Shown one piece after another: positions 43,762 through 54,300 of a stretch of 64,000 nt of DNA (the first letter of the stretch is position 1; each line of letters opens with the position of its first letter). Source of the stretch: Candidatus Desulfaltia sp. (GTDB lineage Bacteria > Desulfobacterota > Desulfobacteria > Desulfobacterales > ETH-SRB1); contig JAUSPN010000106.1 of assembly GCA_030656555.1 (NCBI GenBank), positions 8,404-72,403 of the forward strand, written 5' to 3'. The notes beneath the pieces were generated by a model. That model worked only from the letters and a program-made list of their open reading frames with translations, had not been told where the DNA came from and did not search any database. The translations under genes were made by a program, and so were the position numbers.

Positions 43762-44913
43762 ATGATGCGCGTTGATGTCAAACCTAATTTGATTTTATGG
43801 GCTTGTGAACGTGCCAGGCGAAGCATCGATTCGCTGGCGCAACAACAGTCTTTTCGCAAATTGTCCGCCTGGGTAAGCGGCGACGCGAGCCCCACCCTCA
43901 GGCAATTGGAACATTTTGCTAAGGCGACACACACCCCTTTGGGTTACTTTTTTCTGCCCCAGCCGCCAAAAGAGTCTGTGCCGATTCCGGATCTTCGTAC
44001 TATCGGCAACGAACATATCGGGCATCCCAGTCCCGACCTGCTGGACACAATGTATATATGTCAGCAGCGCCAGGAATGGTACCAAGACTTCGCGCGGTCC
44101 ATGGGGGAAATCCCGTTGCCGTTCGTCGGTTCCGTTACATTGCAAAGCGATGTTGTTGAGGTTTCCCGGAGCATCAGTAAAGCCCTTGGATTCGACGTGG
44201 AGGAGCGCCGTAGCATGCCGACCTGGACCGAAGCTTTGCGTCGTTTCATTTCGCAGGCTGATTCCGTCGGGATAATGGTCATGGTGAGCGGCATTGTCGG
44301 CAGCAATACCCATCGCTCTCTCGATCCAGAGGAGTTTCGAGGATTTGCACTCGCCGATCCACTGGCGCCTTTGGTTTTCATAAATGGAAAAGATACCAAA
44401 GCAGCGCAAATGTTTACGATAGCCCATGAATTGGCTCATATATGGCTCGGTGAAACCGCGCTGTCCGATGTGGGACCTGTAACGATGCCTTCCAATAAAG
44501 TGGAGGTCTGGTGTAACCAGGTTGCCGCTGAGCTTCTCGTTCCTCTTGTTGTTTTGCATGATATATATAGAGGCGATGTTCCCTTACGTGAGGAATTGGA
44601 CCATCTTGCGAGGTGGTTCAAAGTAAGCACACTGGTCATTCTGAGACGGCTCCATGATGCGGGGAAGCTTTCCCGTAAGGAGCTTTGGCGCGCATATGAA
44701 CAAGAACTGAAAAGGTTGCAATCCTTTTCGAGAGAAAGCGGCGGTAATTTTTATCTGACGTTACCGGCGAGAGTCAGCAAGCGGTTCGCCCGTGCTCTGG
44801 TCATAAGTACACTCGAGGGGCAGACGCTGCATCGCGATGCATTCCGCCTGCTTGGCTTTTCCAAACTTGCGACCTTTCATGAGCTTGGTCACCAGTTGGG
44901 GGTGGTGTTCTGA
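43762..44913 (+). CDS. XRE-HTH + ImmA/IrrE-family zinc metallopeptidase
   Basis: 383 aa. HEXXH as TIAHELAHIWL. Visibly higher G+C than the surroundings. Confidence 0.8.
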   Translation: MMRVDVKPNLILWACERARRSIDSLAQQQSFRKLSAWVSGDASPTLRQLEHFAKATHTPLGYFFLPQPPKESVPIPDLRTIGNEHIGHPSPDLLDTMYICQQRQEWYQDFARSMGEIPLPFVGSVTLQSDVVEVSRSISKALGFDVEERRSMPTWTEALRRFISQADSVGIMVMVSGIVGSNTHRSLDPEEFRGFALADPLAPLVFINGKDTKAAQMFTIAHELAHIWLGETALSDVGPVTMPSNKVEVWCNQVAAELLVPLVVLHDIYRGDVPLREELDHLARWFKVSTLVILRRLHDAGKLSRKELWRAYEQELKRLQSFSRESGGNFYLTLPARVSKRFARALVISTLEGQTLHRDAFRLLGFSKLATFHELGHQLGVVF

Positions 44914-45407
44914 TGGCTTACCTGCTCGATGCGAACGTATTTATCCAAGCGAAAAACCTTCATTACGGCCTGGATTTCTGCCCGGCGTTCTGGGATTGGC
45001 TGATCGCAAACAATGATAAGCAGAAGGTATTCAGCATCGAGAAGGTTGGCGACGAAATCGAAGCAGGCAACGACGAACTCGCAAAATGGGCGGACCAGCG
45101 AGGTCCGGGTTTTTTTCTGAAGCCTGATTCTTCGATGTTGTCAGCCCTTGGAAAAGTCAGCGCATGGGCGACAGCGCAAAACTATGATCCCGCTGCGGTG
45201 AACACTTTCTTCCAGGTGGCTGATTATTATCTGGTGGCCTTTGCCATTGCGCACAAACATACAATCGTAACCCACGAGATCGCTTCGCCTTCGACCAAAA
45301 AAATCAAAATTCCCAACGCCTGCATTAGCCTTGAGGTTAAATGTGTCACGCCATATGAAATGTTGCGAAAAGAACGCGCCCGATTTATTCTGGGAGCAAG
45401 CAAATAA
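44913..45407 (+). CDS. DUF4411-type PIN-like nuclease (partner of ImmA)
   Basis: 164 aa. MAYLLDANVFIQAKNLHYGLDFCPAFWDWL...VADYYLVAFAIAHKHTIVTHE. The start overlaps the ImmA stop. Confidence 0.7.
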   Translation: MAYLLDANVFIQAKNLHYGLDFCPAFWDWLIANNDKQKVFSIEKVGDEIEAGNDELAKWADQRGPGFFLKPDSSMLSALGKVSAWATAQNYDPAAVNTFFQVADYYLVAFAIAHKHTIVTHEIASPSTKKIKIPNACISLEVKCVTPYEMLRKERARFILGASK

Positions 45408-46725
45408 AACAAACGACGGAATACACATTCGAAACCGTCATAGAACACCACCTGTCTGAATGCGAACACGCACAGGCAGATAAGTTCACACCCATGCTGG
45501 GCGTACACAATCGGATGCAGCCGACGGATAGTCGTCGCGGCCGATTCACACGATTAGGCTGGCCGAGAAAAATCAGGTAGATGATGAACTTAAGATCAGG
45601 TGTTAGTCAATCATCATTTTATCTCGTACAGTGGCAAGATATCTGAACTTCGAAACGTCCGGTTATATGGGACACGGCTCTCGTTTTGAGAATAAGGTGT
45701 CGGAAAGAAGCCTGCAGATCAAAATATAACCTTTAACTGAACTAGACGGGCTACAAATCGGTACAGGCCAAATGTCTGCGGCTGCCTGTGCGTATCCGAA
45801 CGCATAAAGGTTGATCGAACAGACAGGTCGGTAAGTCGAGGCGAGAAGCTGGGAAAGGCCGTATCCCGCATGAATATGGATTAAGGAGATAAGATCTTAA
45901 TCGCCGCCGCTGCCGCCGCCTCCACCGCCGCCGGAACCGCCTCCGCCTCCTAAGCCGGCGGGAGGATAGACTCTGACAATGCCTTCTTTTATTTCAACAT
46001 ACGGCCAGTCACCGAAGAAAAGGCTTTTATATAGCTTGGCCTTCCGGGTTTTTGCCGGAAGAATTTCGCATTTGTAATTTATCGGGTGTGTTATGGTTTT
46101 TTATCCGTCGGGGGAAAGGAGAGTGTACAGCAGGAAAAGAGTTTCAACTAAACCTTGTCGAAGTAAGGTCACGAAATGCAGAAAGATGATGTACGGAAAG
46201 TACGGTATCCCCCCCCCTATTTGGCGTTACGGATAACAAAATATCACCCATAAGTCAAGGAATTTAATAGAAAAACATTTTCTGAACCGAATTATCGAGA
46301 AGACATGTCAAAGCTGGGAGGATATCAGGAGAGCTATTTATAAAAACTGTACACACATTCTTGTTTCTTTCCTTCGGAAAATAGATATACTGCACCTTAG
46401 ATTCCAGTATCAAATATCAAAACTCCTGGCATATTGGAAATCTGGGGACGCCATACCTGTTTTTTGAACTTAGCTGATATTTCGAATAGTCTGTTGAACT
46501 TTAAATCAGAAGACTTCTTTCGAGATATGGATCGCATCCCATAACTCCATAGTCAATCCTTAAAGTGCTTGTATCTGCTATAAATAAAACATCTAACCTT
46601 ATTCACAGACAGTTGCGATATTTATATGTAATCTGTGGCATTGGCATCTACAGCATAATTGGATAGTTAATAAATTATTGATAAAATGGGATGCTGTATT
46701 ATTAATGTTTTAATCCTGTCAAAAA

Positions 46726-46803
46726 AATCTCTTTGAAAGAGCTAACTTGTTACGACAAATCGAATAACAGACAACAGGCATCATGGAATCTTTAGGAAAA
46801 TGG
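46726..46803. repeat. 78-bp direct repeat, copy 1 (duplicate of the RND pump 5' region)
   Basis: aatctctttgaaagagctaacttgttacgacaaatcgaataacagacaacaggcatcATGGAATCTTTAGGAAAATGG. 72/78 identical to 51264-51341. Confidence 0.85.
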
Positions 46804-47069
46804 CAATGCTTTTTGGGAAAGCAAAATCTACAATAAATGAGCATATTAAAAATATTTATGCAGAAGAAGAACTGGAAGAGAACCAAACTTTGAAGAAATT
46901 CGGAATTTCCGAATTTCAGCAGAAAGAGCCAAATTACTATAATCTTGATGTAATAATTTTAGATTCCCTCAGACCCCCTCCAATGCCCATTTTGTCAAGT
47001 ATTGTCCGGAAAATACTTGACAAAATGTTGTGTTCTCTCTATGCTCCCTATAAAGTTGGGATGCAATAA
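46800..47069 (+). pseudogene. RhuM-family protein fragment
   Basis: LFGKAKSTINEHIKNIYAEEELEENQTLKKFGISEFQQKEPNYYNLDVII matches the central RhuM pattern. Both termini are missing. Confidence 0.45.
46988..47027. promoter_or_regulatory. Perfect 16-bp inverted repeat upstream of abiEi (candidate operator)
   Basis: cattttgtcaagtatt (46988-47003), 8 nt, aatacttgacaaaatg (47012-47027). Ends 50 nt before the abiEi ATG. Confidence 0.4.
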
Positions 47070-47076
47070 TCTGAAA

Positions 47077-47802
47077 ATGAAAATAACAGAAAAAATAAGT
47101 AAACAAATCAATAAAATGCCTGCGGGTATCACGTTTAAGTATCAGCAACTGTGTATTTCAAATAACGAGTATGGCGCTGCTGCAAAAGCCATTGAAAGAC
47201 TGATTGCAAAAAAAATTATAAAGCGGATCTCAACAGGAGTTTTTTACAAACCCAAAAAAACTTTATTTGGAGAATTAAAGCCAAGGGAAGAAGAACTGCT
47301 ACGTCCATACATGTTCATTGGGGATAAAAGAATCGCTTATATAACAGGTACTGCATTGTATAACAGAATTGGGTTAACCACTCAGGTACCAAAAGATATA
47401 AAGGTTTCAAGCAAGGTTAAAGAAATTCGTACTCAAATCGGCAATGTTAAAGTGCGGAGGGTAAAAAGTTATATTGATGTTACAAATGATAATTTTTATC
47501 TGCTTGAAATACTTGATGTGTTAAAGGATTTCAAAAAAATTCCAAATTTGGATAAGGTTATGGCTGTCAGCTATCTTTTGAATTTCATAAAAGGATTAAA
47601 ACAAAAAGATCTTTTACGTCTTATTCGATACGCCCTGAAATATCCTCCCCGCACCCGTGCATTTCTTGGGGCTTTATTGGAAAAAATAAAAACTGAGCTG
47701 GACACAAATCAATTGAAACAAAGCCTAAATTCGTTGACAGTTTATGATTTGGGGATAGACAAACAAATTCTTTCAACAGTACCGGAATGGAATATTAAAT
47801 AG
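47077..47802 (+). CDS. abiEi: AbiEi-family type IV antitoxin/transcriptional regulator
   Basis: MKITEKISKQINKMPAGITFKYQQL...RLIAKKIIKRISTGVFYKP...IAYITGTALYNRIGLTTQVP. Confidence 0.7.
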   Translation: MKITEKISKQINKMPAGITFKYQQLCISNNEYGAAAKAIERLIAKKIIKRISTGVFYKPKKTLFGELKPREEELLRPYMFIGDKRIAYITGTALYNRIGLTTQVPKDIKVSSKVKEIRTQIGNVKVRRVKSYIDVTNDNFYLLEILDVLKDFKKIPNLDKVMAVSYLLNFIKGLKQKDLLRLIRYALKYPPRTRAFLGALLEKIKTELDTNQLKQSLNSLTVYDLGIDKQILSTVPEWNIK

Positions 47803-47803
47803 G

Positions 47804-48242
47804 TTGAAACTGCATCAAAATAATGAGCTTTTCCAAGATGCTGTACTATCTGCTTCACAGCGATTTAGCATTCCGGAAATCTATATGGAAAAAGATTATT
47901 GGGTAACCTTGGTGCTATATGAAATATTCCATTCAAATATAGCGGATCAAATTGTTTTTAAGGGCGGAACCTCGCTTTCAAAATGCCATAAACTCATTCA
48001 GAGGTTTTCAGAGGATATTGATCTGGTTGTGTTGCGCAATAAAGGAGAAAACGACAACCAACTGAAAAGAAAGATTCGAAGCATAAGCAAGGTTGTTGAG
48101 AATGTATTGTCTGAAATTCAAGTTGAAGGTTTGACAAACAAAAAGGGTAATATCAGAAAAACAGTTTACCGGTATAACAGGCTTTTTGAGGGAAGTTTCG
48201 GGCAGGCAAGAGATCAAATCATACTTGAATCTACCTGGCTTG
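47804..48242 (+). pseudogene. abiEii: AbiEii/DUF1814 nucleotidyltransferase toxin, 5' part (interrupted by IS21-family element)
   Basis: VFKGGTSLSKCHKLIQRFSEDIDLVV is the NTase motif. The reading frame leaves the gene at the TSD TGGCTTG (48236-48242). Confidence 0.8.
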
Positions 48243-48352
48243 TAGAAATTACAACCTAAAATTGACCCCCTTCGGCAACCCAATTTTGACCCCCTAAGAA
48301 TTTGAACAAAAATATCCATTGCCAATAAAGTCATTACTAAATGCCGTTTATT

Positions 48353-49105
48353 TTAATTATTTTTTTTAAGTGTTTCCTTGAGACGATAACTTTCCCAGCT
48401 ACAGTTAATCACATGCGCTTTGTGAGTTATTCTATCCAGTAATGCCGCTGTCATGCTGGGATCGCCAAATATTTGTGTCCAGTCTCCAAAGCCCATATTG
48501 CTTGTGATTATGACCGGTTTTCTTTCATGACGTTCGGCCAGAATCTGGAAAATAAGCTGAGCTCCTTCTTTAGAAAATGGAACATATCCTAATTCATCAA
48601 TAATGAGCAAACCATAACCAGCATAACGCTTTATGACACGACCAAGGACCTTTTCATCTCTGGCTTCAATGAGTTCGTTGGCCAGACCGCAGCCTGTTGT
48701 AAAATGTGTTCTGACACCCTGTTTGCAGGCTTCCATGCCCAGACCGGTTGCAAGATGTGTTTTACCCGTGCCGCTTTTGCCCATAAAAATGATATTGCGC
48801 GTTTTTTTAACATATTCACAATTTGAAAGTTCCTTAATCAATCGGGCATCCAGATCCGGGGCTGCCTCAAAATTAAATGCTTCAAGCGGTTTTAGTAAAG
48901 GGAACCTGGCTTCCTTCAGTCTGCGCTTGCAACCATTTTCCTGCCGGACTTGAACTTCGGTCTCGGTTAAATTCAAAAGAAATTCATCATAATCCAGTTT
49001 CTCCTGTCTGGCCTGGCGAAGATGACTCTGCAGATTGCGTATCGTTGTTGATAATTTTAAACTTTTAAGATTTTCAATCAGTAATGCTTTCATCCCTGCA
49101 TTCAT
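48353..49105 (-). CDS. istB: IS21-family helper ATPase IstB
   Basis: 250 aa. Walker A GKSGTGKTHLA and Walker B LLIIDELGY. Confidence 0.9.
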   Translation of the reverse strand: MNAGMKALLIENLKSLKLSTTIRNLQSHLRQARQEKLDYDEFLLNLTETEVQVRQENGCKRRLKEARFPLLKPLEAFNFEAAPDLDARLIKELSNCEYVKKTRNIIFMGKSGTGKTHLATGLGMEACKQGVRTHFTTGCGLANELIEARDEKVLGRVIKRYAGYGLLIIDELGYVPFSKEGAQLIFQILAERHERKPVIITSNMGFGDWTQIFGDPSMTAALLDRITHKAHVINCSWESYRLKETLKKNN

Positions 49106-50634
49106 ATGGCACCTCCGATCTGACCATATACAGTTACATCCGGAGGCGGCAGAGTTTGCCAGTTATCCAAAGTTACAAAAGATGGATCATGTTGCGTGCT
49201 CTTTAAAATGTGTTCTACTGCCTGGCTGGAACCGGTATTTGCTGTGAGCGCCTTCTCAACGGCTGATTCGATATCAGCGGCAGCATGATCTTTGTAGAAC
49301 ATTAAAACCGATATGAAGTCTTTGATGCCCTTTGTATGACCCTGCTTTTGACAAAATTTATCTAAAAGCCTTTCAAGACAATATGGCCAGGTTTTGCGCC
49401 ATTGCCGTATGGGGCGGGCAGAGTCAAATGCCTGCGGCCTTTGCCGGATAAGTTCCAGATAGTGTTCTGACTTAAGGCTCCACTTGTTGACGTCATAAAG
49501 CCGATTGTGGATTGCTATATTTTTGCTTCCATAAAATATCTCAACACGATCCACATACAAAATAACATTGACCTTGAAATAGGCATATGATGTCGGTACC
49601 GAATAACGATTTTTATCTATGATTACGGTAGAGTATTTATCGGCCTTACTACAAGAAGTATGAATGTTACTGAACTCAATACGCGGCAAATCAATAAGAT
49701 GCTTTTTCTCTGCCTCGTACAACTCATTTACAGTCTGCTCTCTTCCGGCAAGCCGATGATCTCCATAAGCAACACAGTCTTTTAAAAGTTTTTCATTTAA
49801 TGCTTTTAAATTCTCAGCCTCTGGTACAGGAACCATATAATTGCGCCGGGCATAACCGACAAGACCTTCAACTCCACCTTTTTCATGCCCCTGTCCAGGA
49901 TTACAAAAGCGAGGGGTAAAATTATAAAATGCCCGAAACTTGTCATATGATTCCTGCAGAATCCTCCTTTTACCCGGAAATACTTTTTGGACCGCTGTGG
50001 TCAAATTGTCATAGATCAATACCGGAAAGATACCACCAAAAAATGCAAAAGCCTGAATATGAGCGTCAAATAAGGCTTGTTGCCGTTCACACGGATAGCA
50101 CCGGACAAAGTGTTTGCCGGAATACTTTGAACGCATACAGAACAGTTTTAGCCTGGTTACTTTGTTTCCCAAAATAGCTGTGCAAGTGCCCCAGTCAACC
50201 TCAGCTTCACCCCCAGGATCAGGCTGCAGAGGTATAAATGCCTGATGAATATTTATGCCTAATCTGAGTTTGGCTTCTCGAACATATCGACTAACTGTTG
50301 TCGCTGCTCCTGTAAAACCGTGTTCCTGCTTAAGCCGATTATAAACTCTTACCGCCGTGTGTCGCTGCTTTTTTGGCCTTTGCTTGTCATCTTCCAACCA
50401 TTTGTCAATGATGTTAAGATATAGTTCTAACACCGGATATGGCTGCTTTATTCTGGACTTATATCCGCTATGTTCGCTTCGCAGCACTTTCTTAATCGTA
50501 TTTCTGGAATGACCTGTCTCTCTTGCTATCTGCTTGATCTTCTTTCTATAAACTCGATACGCTATCCGAATGTAATCATATTGATCCACCTTGAGCATTC
50601 TCCTTTCCCCCTCTGGTTTTTGAATTGGTAACAA
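49102..50634 (-). CDS. istA: IS21-family transposase IstA
   Basis: 510 aa. N-terminal HTH (IKQIARETGHSRNTIKK). DDE region (EVDWG...LIYDNLTTAV...). Confidence 0.9.
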   Translation of the reverse strand: MLPIQKPEGERRMLKVDQYDYIRIAYRVYRKKIKQIARETGHSRNTIKKVLRSEHSGYKSRIKQPYPVLELYLNIIDKWLEDDKQRPKKQRHTAVRVYNRLKQEHGFTGAATTVSRYVREAKLRLGINIHQAFIPLQPDPGGEAEVDWGTCTAILGNKVTRLKLFCMRSKYSGKHFVRCYPCERQQALFDAHIQAFAFFGGIFPVLIYDNLTTAVQKVFPGKRRILQESYDKFRAFYNFTPRFCNPGQGHEKGGVEGLVGYARRNYMVPVPEAENLKALNEKLLKDCVAYGDHRLAGREQTVNELYEAEKKHLIDLPRIEFSNIHTSCSKADKYSTVIIDKNRYSVPTSYAYFKVNVILYVDRVEIFYGSKNIAIHNRLYDVNKWSLKSEHYLELIRQRPQAFDSARPIRQWRKTWPYCLERLLDKFCQKQGHTKGIKDFISVLMFYKDHAAADIESAVEKALTANTGSSQAVEHILKSTQHDPSFVTLDNWQTLPPPDVTVYGQIGGAI

Positions 50635-50725
50635 CCATTCCTATACCAGAGGTCAGCTTCAATGGGGGTCAATTTTGGGTTGCAATTTGCCCTTCAGGGG
50701 GGTCAATTTTAGGTTAGCAAAACTA

Positions 50726-51265
50726 TGGCTTGGAAATTATGAACCGTTCACAAGTGAAGAAGTAAGTAGTTATGTTTTTGAAGTGATGAAACTCACTGGA
50801 CAGGAGTCTTTGATCAGGGAATACGGTCTACAGCCATTTAAAGTTCAGGTATTAAGCATAGAACGGACATTTTGTGAAAAGATAATGAGCCTGGTCCGTT
50901 TTTCACAAATGGATGACCCCTACACAAACTTGTCAAACAAAATCAGGCATGTATATGACATCCATCTCATGCTAAGTAATGAATCAATTAAATTTTTTTT
51001 TGAAAGTGCTGAATTTTATAAAATGCTGGTGAAGGTCGGAAAAGACGATTTTATCAGTTATAAAAATAATAATGCTTGGTTAGAAGAGCACCCTTGCTCG
51101 GCATTAATTTTTAAAGACCCAGAGGTGACCTGGAATCATATCAGATCCACATACCGAACAATTTTTAAAGAATTGGTTATTGGTAAATTGCCCAATGAAA
51201 ATGATTTGATCGATACCCTTAAAAAAATTGAAAAGAGAATGAAACCATTTACTTGGGGAATTTAA
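50726..51265 (+). pseudogene. abiEii: AbiEii/DUF1814 toxin, 3' part
   Basis: Removing the IS plus one TSD copy joins ...ILESTWL to GNYEPFTSEE... in frame. That restores a 323-codon ORF. Confidence 0.8.
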
Positions 51266-51341
51266 TCTCTTTGAAAGAGCTGACTTGTTACGATAAATCG
51301 AAAAACGGACAATAAGCATCATGGAATCTTTAGGAAAATGG
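51264..51341. repeat. 78-bp direct repeat, copy 2 (native RND pump 5' region)
   Basis: aatctctttgaaagagctgacttgttacgataaatcgaaaaacggacaataagcatcATGGAATCTTTAGGAAAATGG. Confidence 0.85.
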
Positions 51342-54300
51342 TCGATAAATAATCGTGTTACAGTAAATCTGATCATGATTTTTATCATTGTGGCCGGACT
51401 CATTACAGTCATGAATATGCGCAGGGAGCTTAATCCCCAGTTTGCTCTTGATATGATAAATATAAGCGTGGTTTACCCCGGGGCGAGTCCTGAAGATGTT
51501 GAGGAGGGTATATGCATTAAAATTGAAGAAAAAATCAAGGGTATTGAGGGCATAGACCGCACATTTTCCAATGCCTACGAAGGCATGGGATCGCTGACGG
51601 TTGAACTTGATTCAGATGCAGACAGCCGGAAAGTACTGGATGATATCAAGGCAGAAATTGACCGTATCGACACCTTTCCGGAGGATGCCGAGGACCCTGT
51701 TATTACTGAAATAATAAACCGGCATCCCGCTATAACCGTTGCCGCATATGGTGATGTTTCTGAAAAACTCCTGAGGAAGGTTGCCGAAAAAATCAGGGAC
51801 GATCTTACCGACACCGGACCCATTTCTCTGGCAGACCTTGTGGGAGTTAGAGACTACGAGATATCCATAGAGGTATCGGAAGAAAACCTTCGGCGGTACG
51901 GCATTTCATTTGATGTTGTTGTCAGGGCGGTTAAAACAGGTAGTGTCGACCTCCCGGGCGGAACCATAAAAACTTCTCAGGGAGAAATCCTCGTAAGGGC
52001 TAAGGGGCAGCTTTATACCGGCAAGGAATTTAAAGAACTTCCTCTTATTACACTGGAAGACGGCACTGTTGTTCGGCTTGGACAGGTTGCAACCGTTATA
52101 GATGGTTTTGAAGATATTGATATGAAAGCAAGGTTTAACGGCAAACCAGCAGCCCTTATTCAGGTAAACAGAACAAACACGGAAGATCTTATACTGGTTT
52201 CAAGAACCGTCAGGGATTATGTGGAAAAACATAGAGGTGCAATGCCTGAAGGGGTCAAGCTTGCCACATGGTTTGATCTGTCGCTGCTTGTTCAGGACAG
52301 GATTGACATGCTTCTCAGGAACGGGGCTCAGGGAATTGTACTTGTTTTTATTGCGCTGGCGCTGTTTTTAAACATGCGTCTGGCATTCTGGGTCTCTATC
52401 GGCATACCAGTATCTTTTATGGGAGCCTTTATGGTTCTTGATTATAAAGGTGAAACCATAAATATGATCTCCCTTTTTGCTTTTATTATGACATTGGGGA
52501 TACTGGTTGATGATGCAATAATAATTGGAGAGAACATATATACGCATTTCAGCAGGGGTAAGTCGCCTGCGAGATCTGTGATTGATGGAATAAAGGAGGT
52601 CGGCGGTCCTGTTGTAATGGCTGTCAGCACCACCATAGTCGCATTTATACCACTGCTTTTTATTACAGGTATAATAGGCAAATTTATTGCTGTTATGCCC
52701 AGGGCCGTGATAGCGATCCTGATAATATCATTGGGAGAAGCCCTTATCATGCTGCCGGCTCATCTGACCGGCGCCCTGACAAGATCAGCGCTAAAAACAG
52801 ACAGCAGACCCTCCTGGCACGAGCGGATAAGGGTTAAAGTTGAACATTTGCTTAACGTTGTGATTGAGAAATATTATACTCCGGCTTTAAAATACGTAGT
52901 AAAAAACAGATACTTTGCTTTTGCTGTTGGTCTGGGAATGCTCATAATAAGTCTCGGCATTGTAGCCGGCGGTTATGTGCCATTTGTATTCTTCCCAAAA
53001 GGCGAAAGCGACTGGATTATTGCAGAGGTCGGCTATCCCCTTGGAACGCCATATGAAGTAACCGAAAAAACAATCGAACATTTAGAGAATCAGGCTTTTA
53101 AGTTAAATGATTATTTTGGCAAGCATTTAGGAAATAATGGCGGCCTGGTAATAAATACATTCGCGCTGGTCGGCATGATTCCAAGAAGAGACTGGAAACC
53201 GGGTGAGACCGGCGGGCACTGCGGTGAGGTCTGGATAGAACTTGTCCCCTCGGAAAAGAGACATGATCTTTCTGTAAATACGGTTTTAAACAAATGGCGA
53301 GGTTTGACAGGAGAAATTCCCGGAGTGGAAACGCTGACATTTACAACTCTTGAAGGCGGGCCCGGGGGAAATCCTATTGAAATACAGCTTGTCGGAGGCG
53401 CCGACTTTGAGCAATTGAGACAGGCTGCAGATGAGTTAAAAACCGAAATCCAAACTTATCCCGGCACCTTTGCCATTACAGATAATTTTAAGCCTGGAAA
53501 GGAGGAAAGGCAGGTTAAGATAAAAGAAGGAGCGAAATCTCTTGGGATAACCATGAGCGATATTGCAAGACAGCTTCGCCAGGCATTTTATGGAGATGAG
53601 GCTCTCCGGATTCAGAGAGGCAGGGATGATTTAAAGGTGCTGGTTAGATACGCGGAACCAGACCGTCGGAGCATTTCAGGCCTTGAGGATATGCGCATCA
53701 GGACAACTGACGGGCAGGAGATTCCCATCGAAGAGGTTGCGGATATTACCCACGGAAGATCTTATTCCGTAATTCACAGGGTTGATAGAAAACGTGTGAT
53801 AACTGTTATTTCGAATCTTGATGAGTCAATTGCAAACGCAAGCAAGATTGTGGCTGATCTTAAAAAGGATTTTTTTCCAAAGCTGATTGGGCGCTATCCT
53901 GGATTAGAATACGATTTAGAAGGTCAGGAGAAAAGGACCAGAGAATCGCTCGGCAGCCTGAAAAAAGGATATGTGCTTGCACTTATGGGAATCTTTCTTT
54001 TGCTCGCAAGCCAGTTCCGTTCTTATATCCAGCCTGTTATAATAATGATGGCCATACCTTTCGGCCTGATCGGGGCGATTGCAGGTCATCTTGTTATGGG
54101 CTTGCAGATTACGATGATAAGTATTTTCGGCATAGTGGCCCTGTCAGGAATAGTAGTAAACGATTCACTTATACTGATAGACTTTATTAACAGGGCGGTT
54201 CAAAATAATGCGGAAATTGAAACAGCTGTTATAGAATCCGGAAAAGTCAGATTCCGGCCTGTATTGCTTACATCAATAACAACTATCGCCGGGCTTTTGC

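Larger units (their letters stand above)
48243..50725 (-). mobile_element. IS21-family insertion sequence (2483 bp) with 7-bp target-site duplication
   Basis: Ends TAGAAATTACAACCTAAAATTGACCCCC and GGGGGGTCAATTTTAGGTTAGCAAAACTA (inverted, with internal GGGGTCAA repeats). TGGCTTG lies on both sides (48236-48242, 50726-50732). Carries istA and istB. Confidence 0.85.

Noticed and set aside
43795-44559. A 254-aa minus-strand ORF, plus several ORFs of about 110 aa, overlapping the ImmA gene.
   Set aside because: The plus-strand frame carries the HTH and HEXXH motifs. The antisense ORFs have Arg/Gly/Pro-rich compositions typical of open antisense frames in locally G+C-rich DNA.
45540-45900. A structured-looking non-coding stretch (GTGCG..., several small hairpins), considered as a group II intron fragment or retron msr/msd.
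   Set aside because: No domain V-like GAGC...GAAA...GUAC motif could be found. There is no reverse transcriptase ORF nearby, and the hairpins are short and unremarkable.
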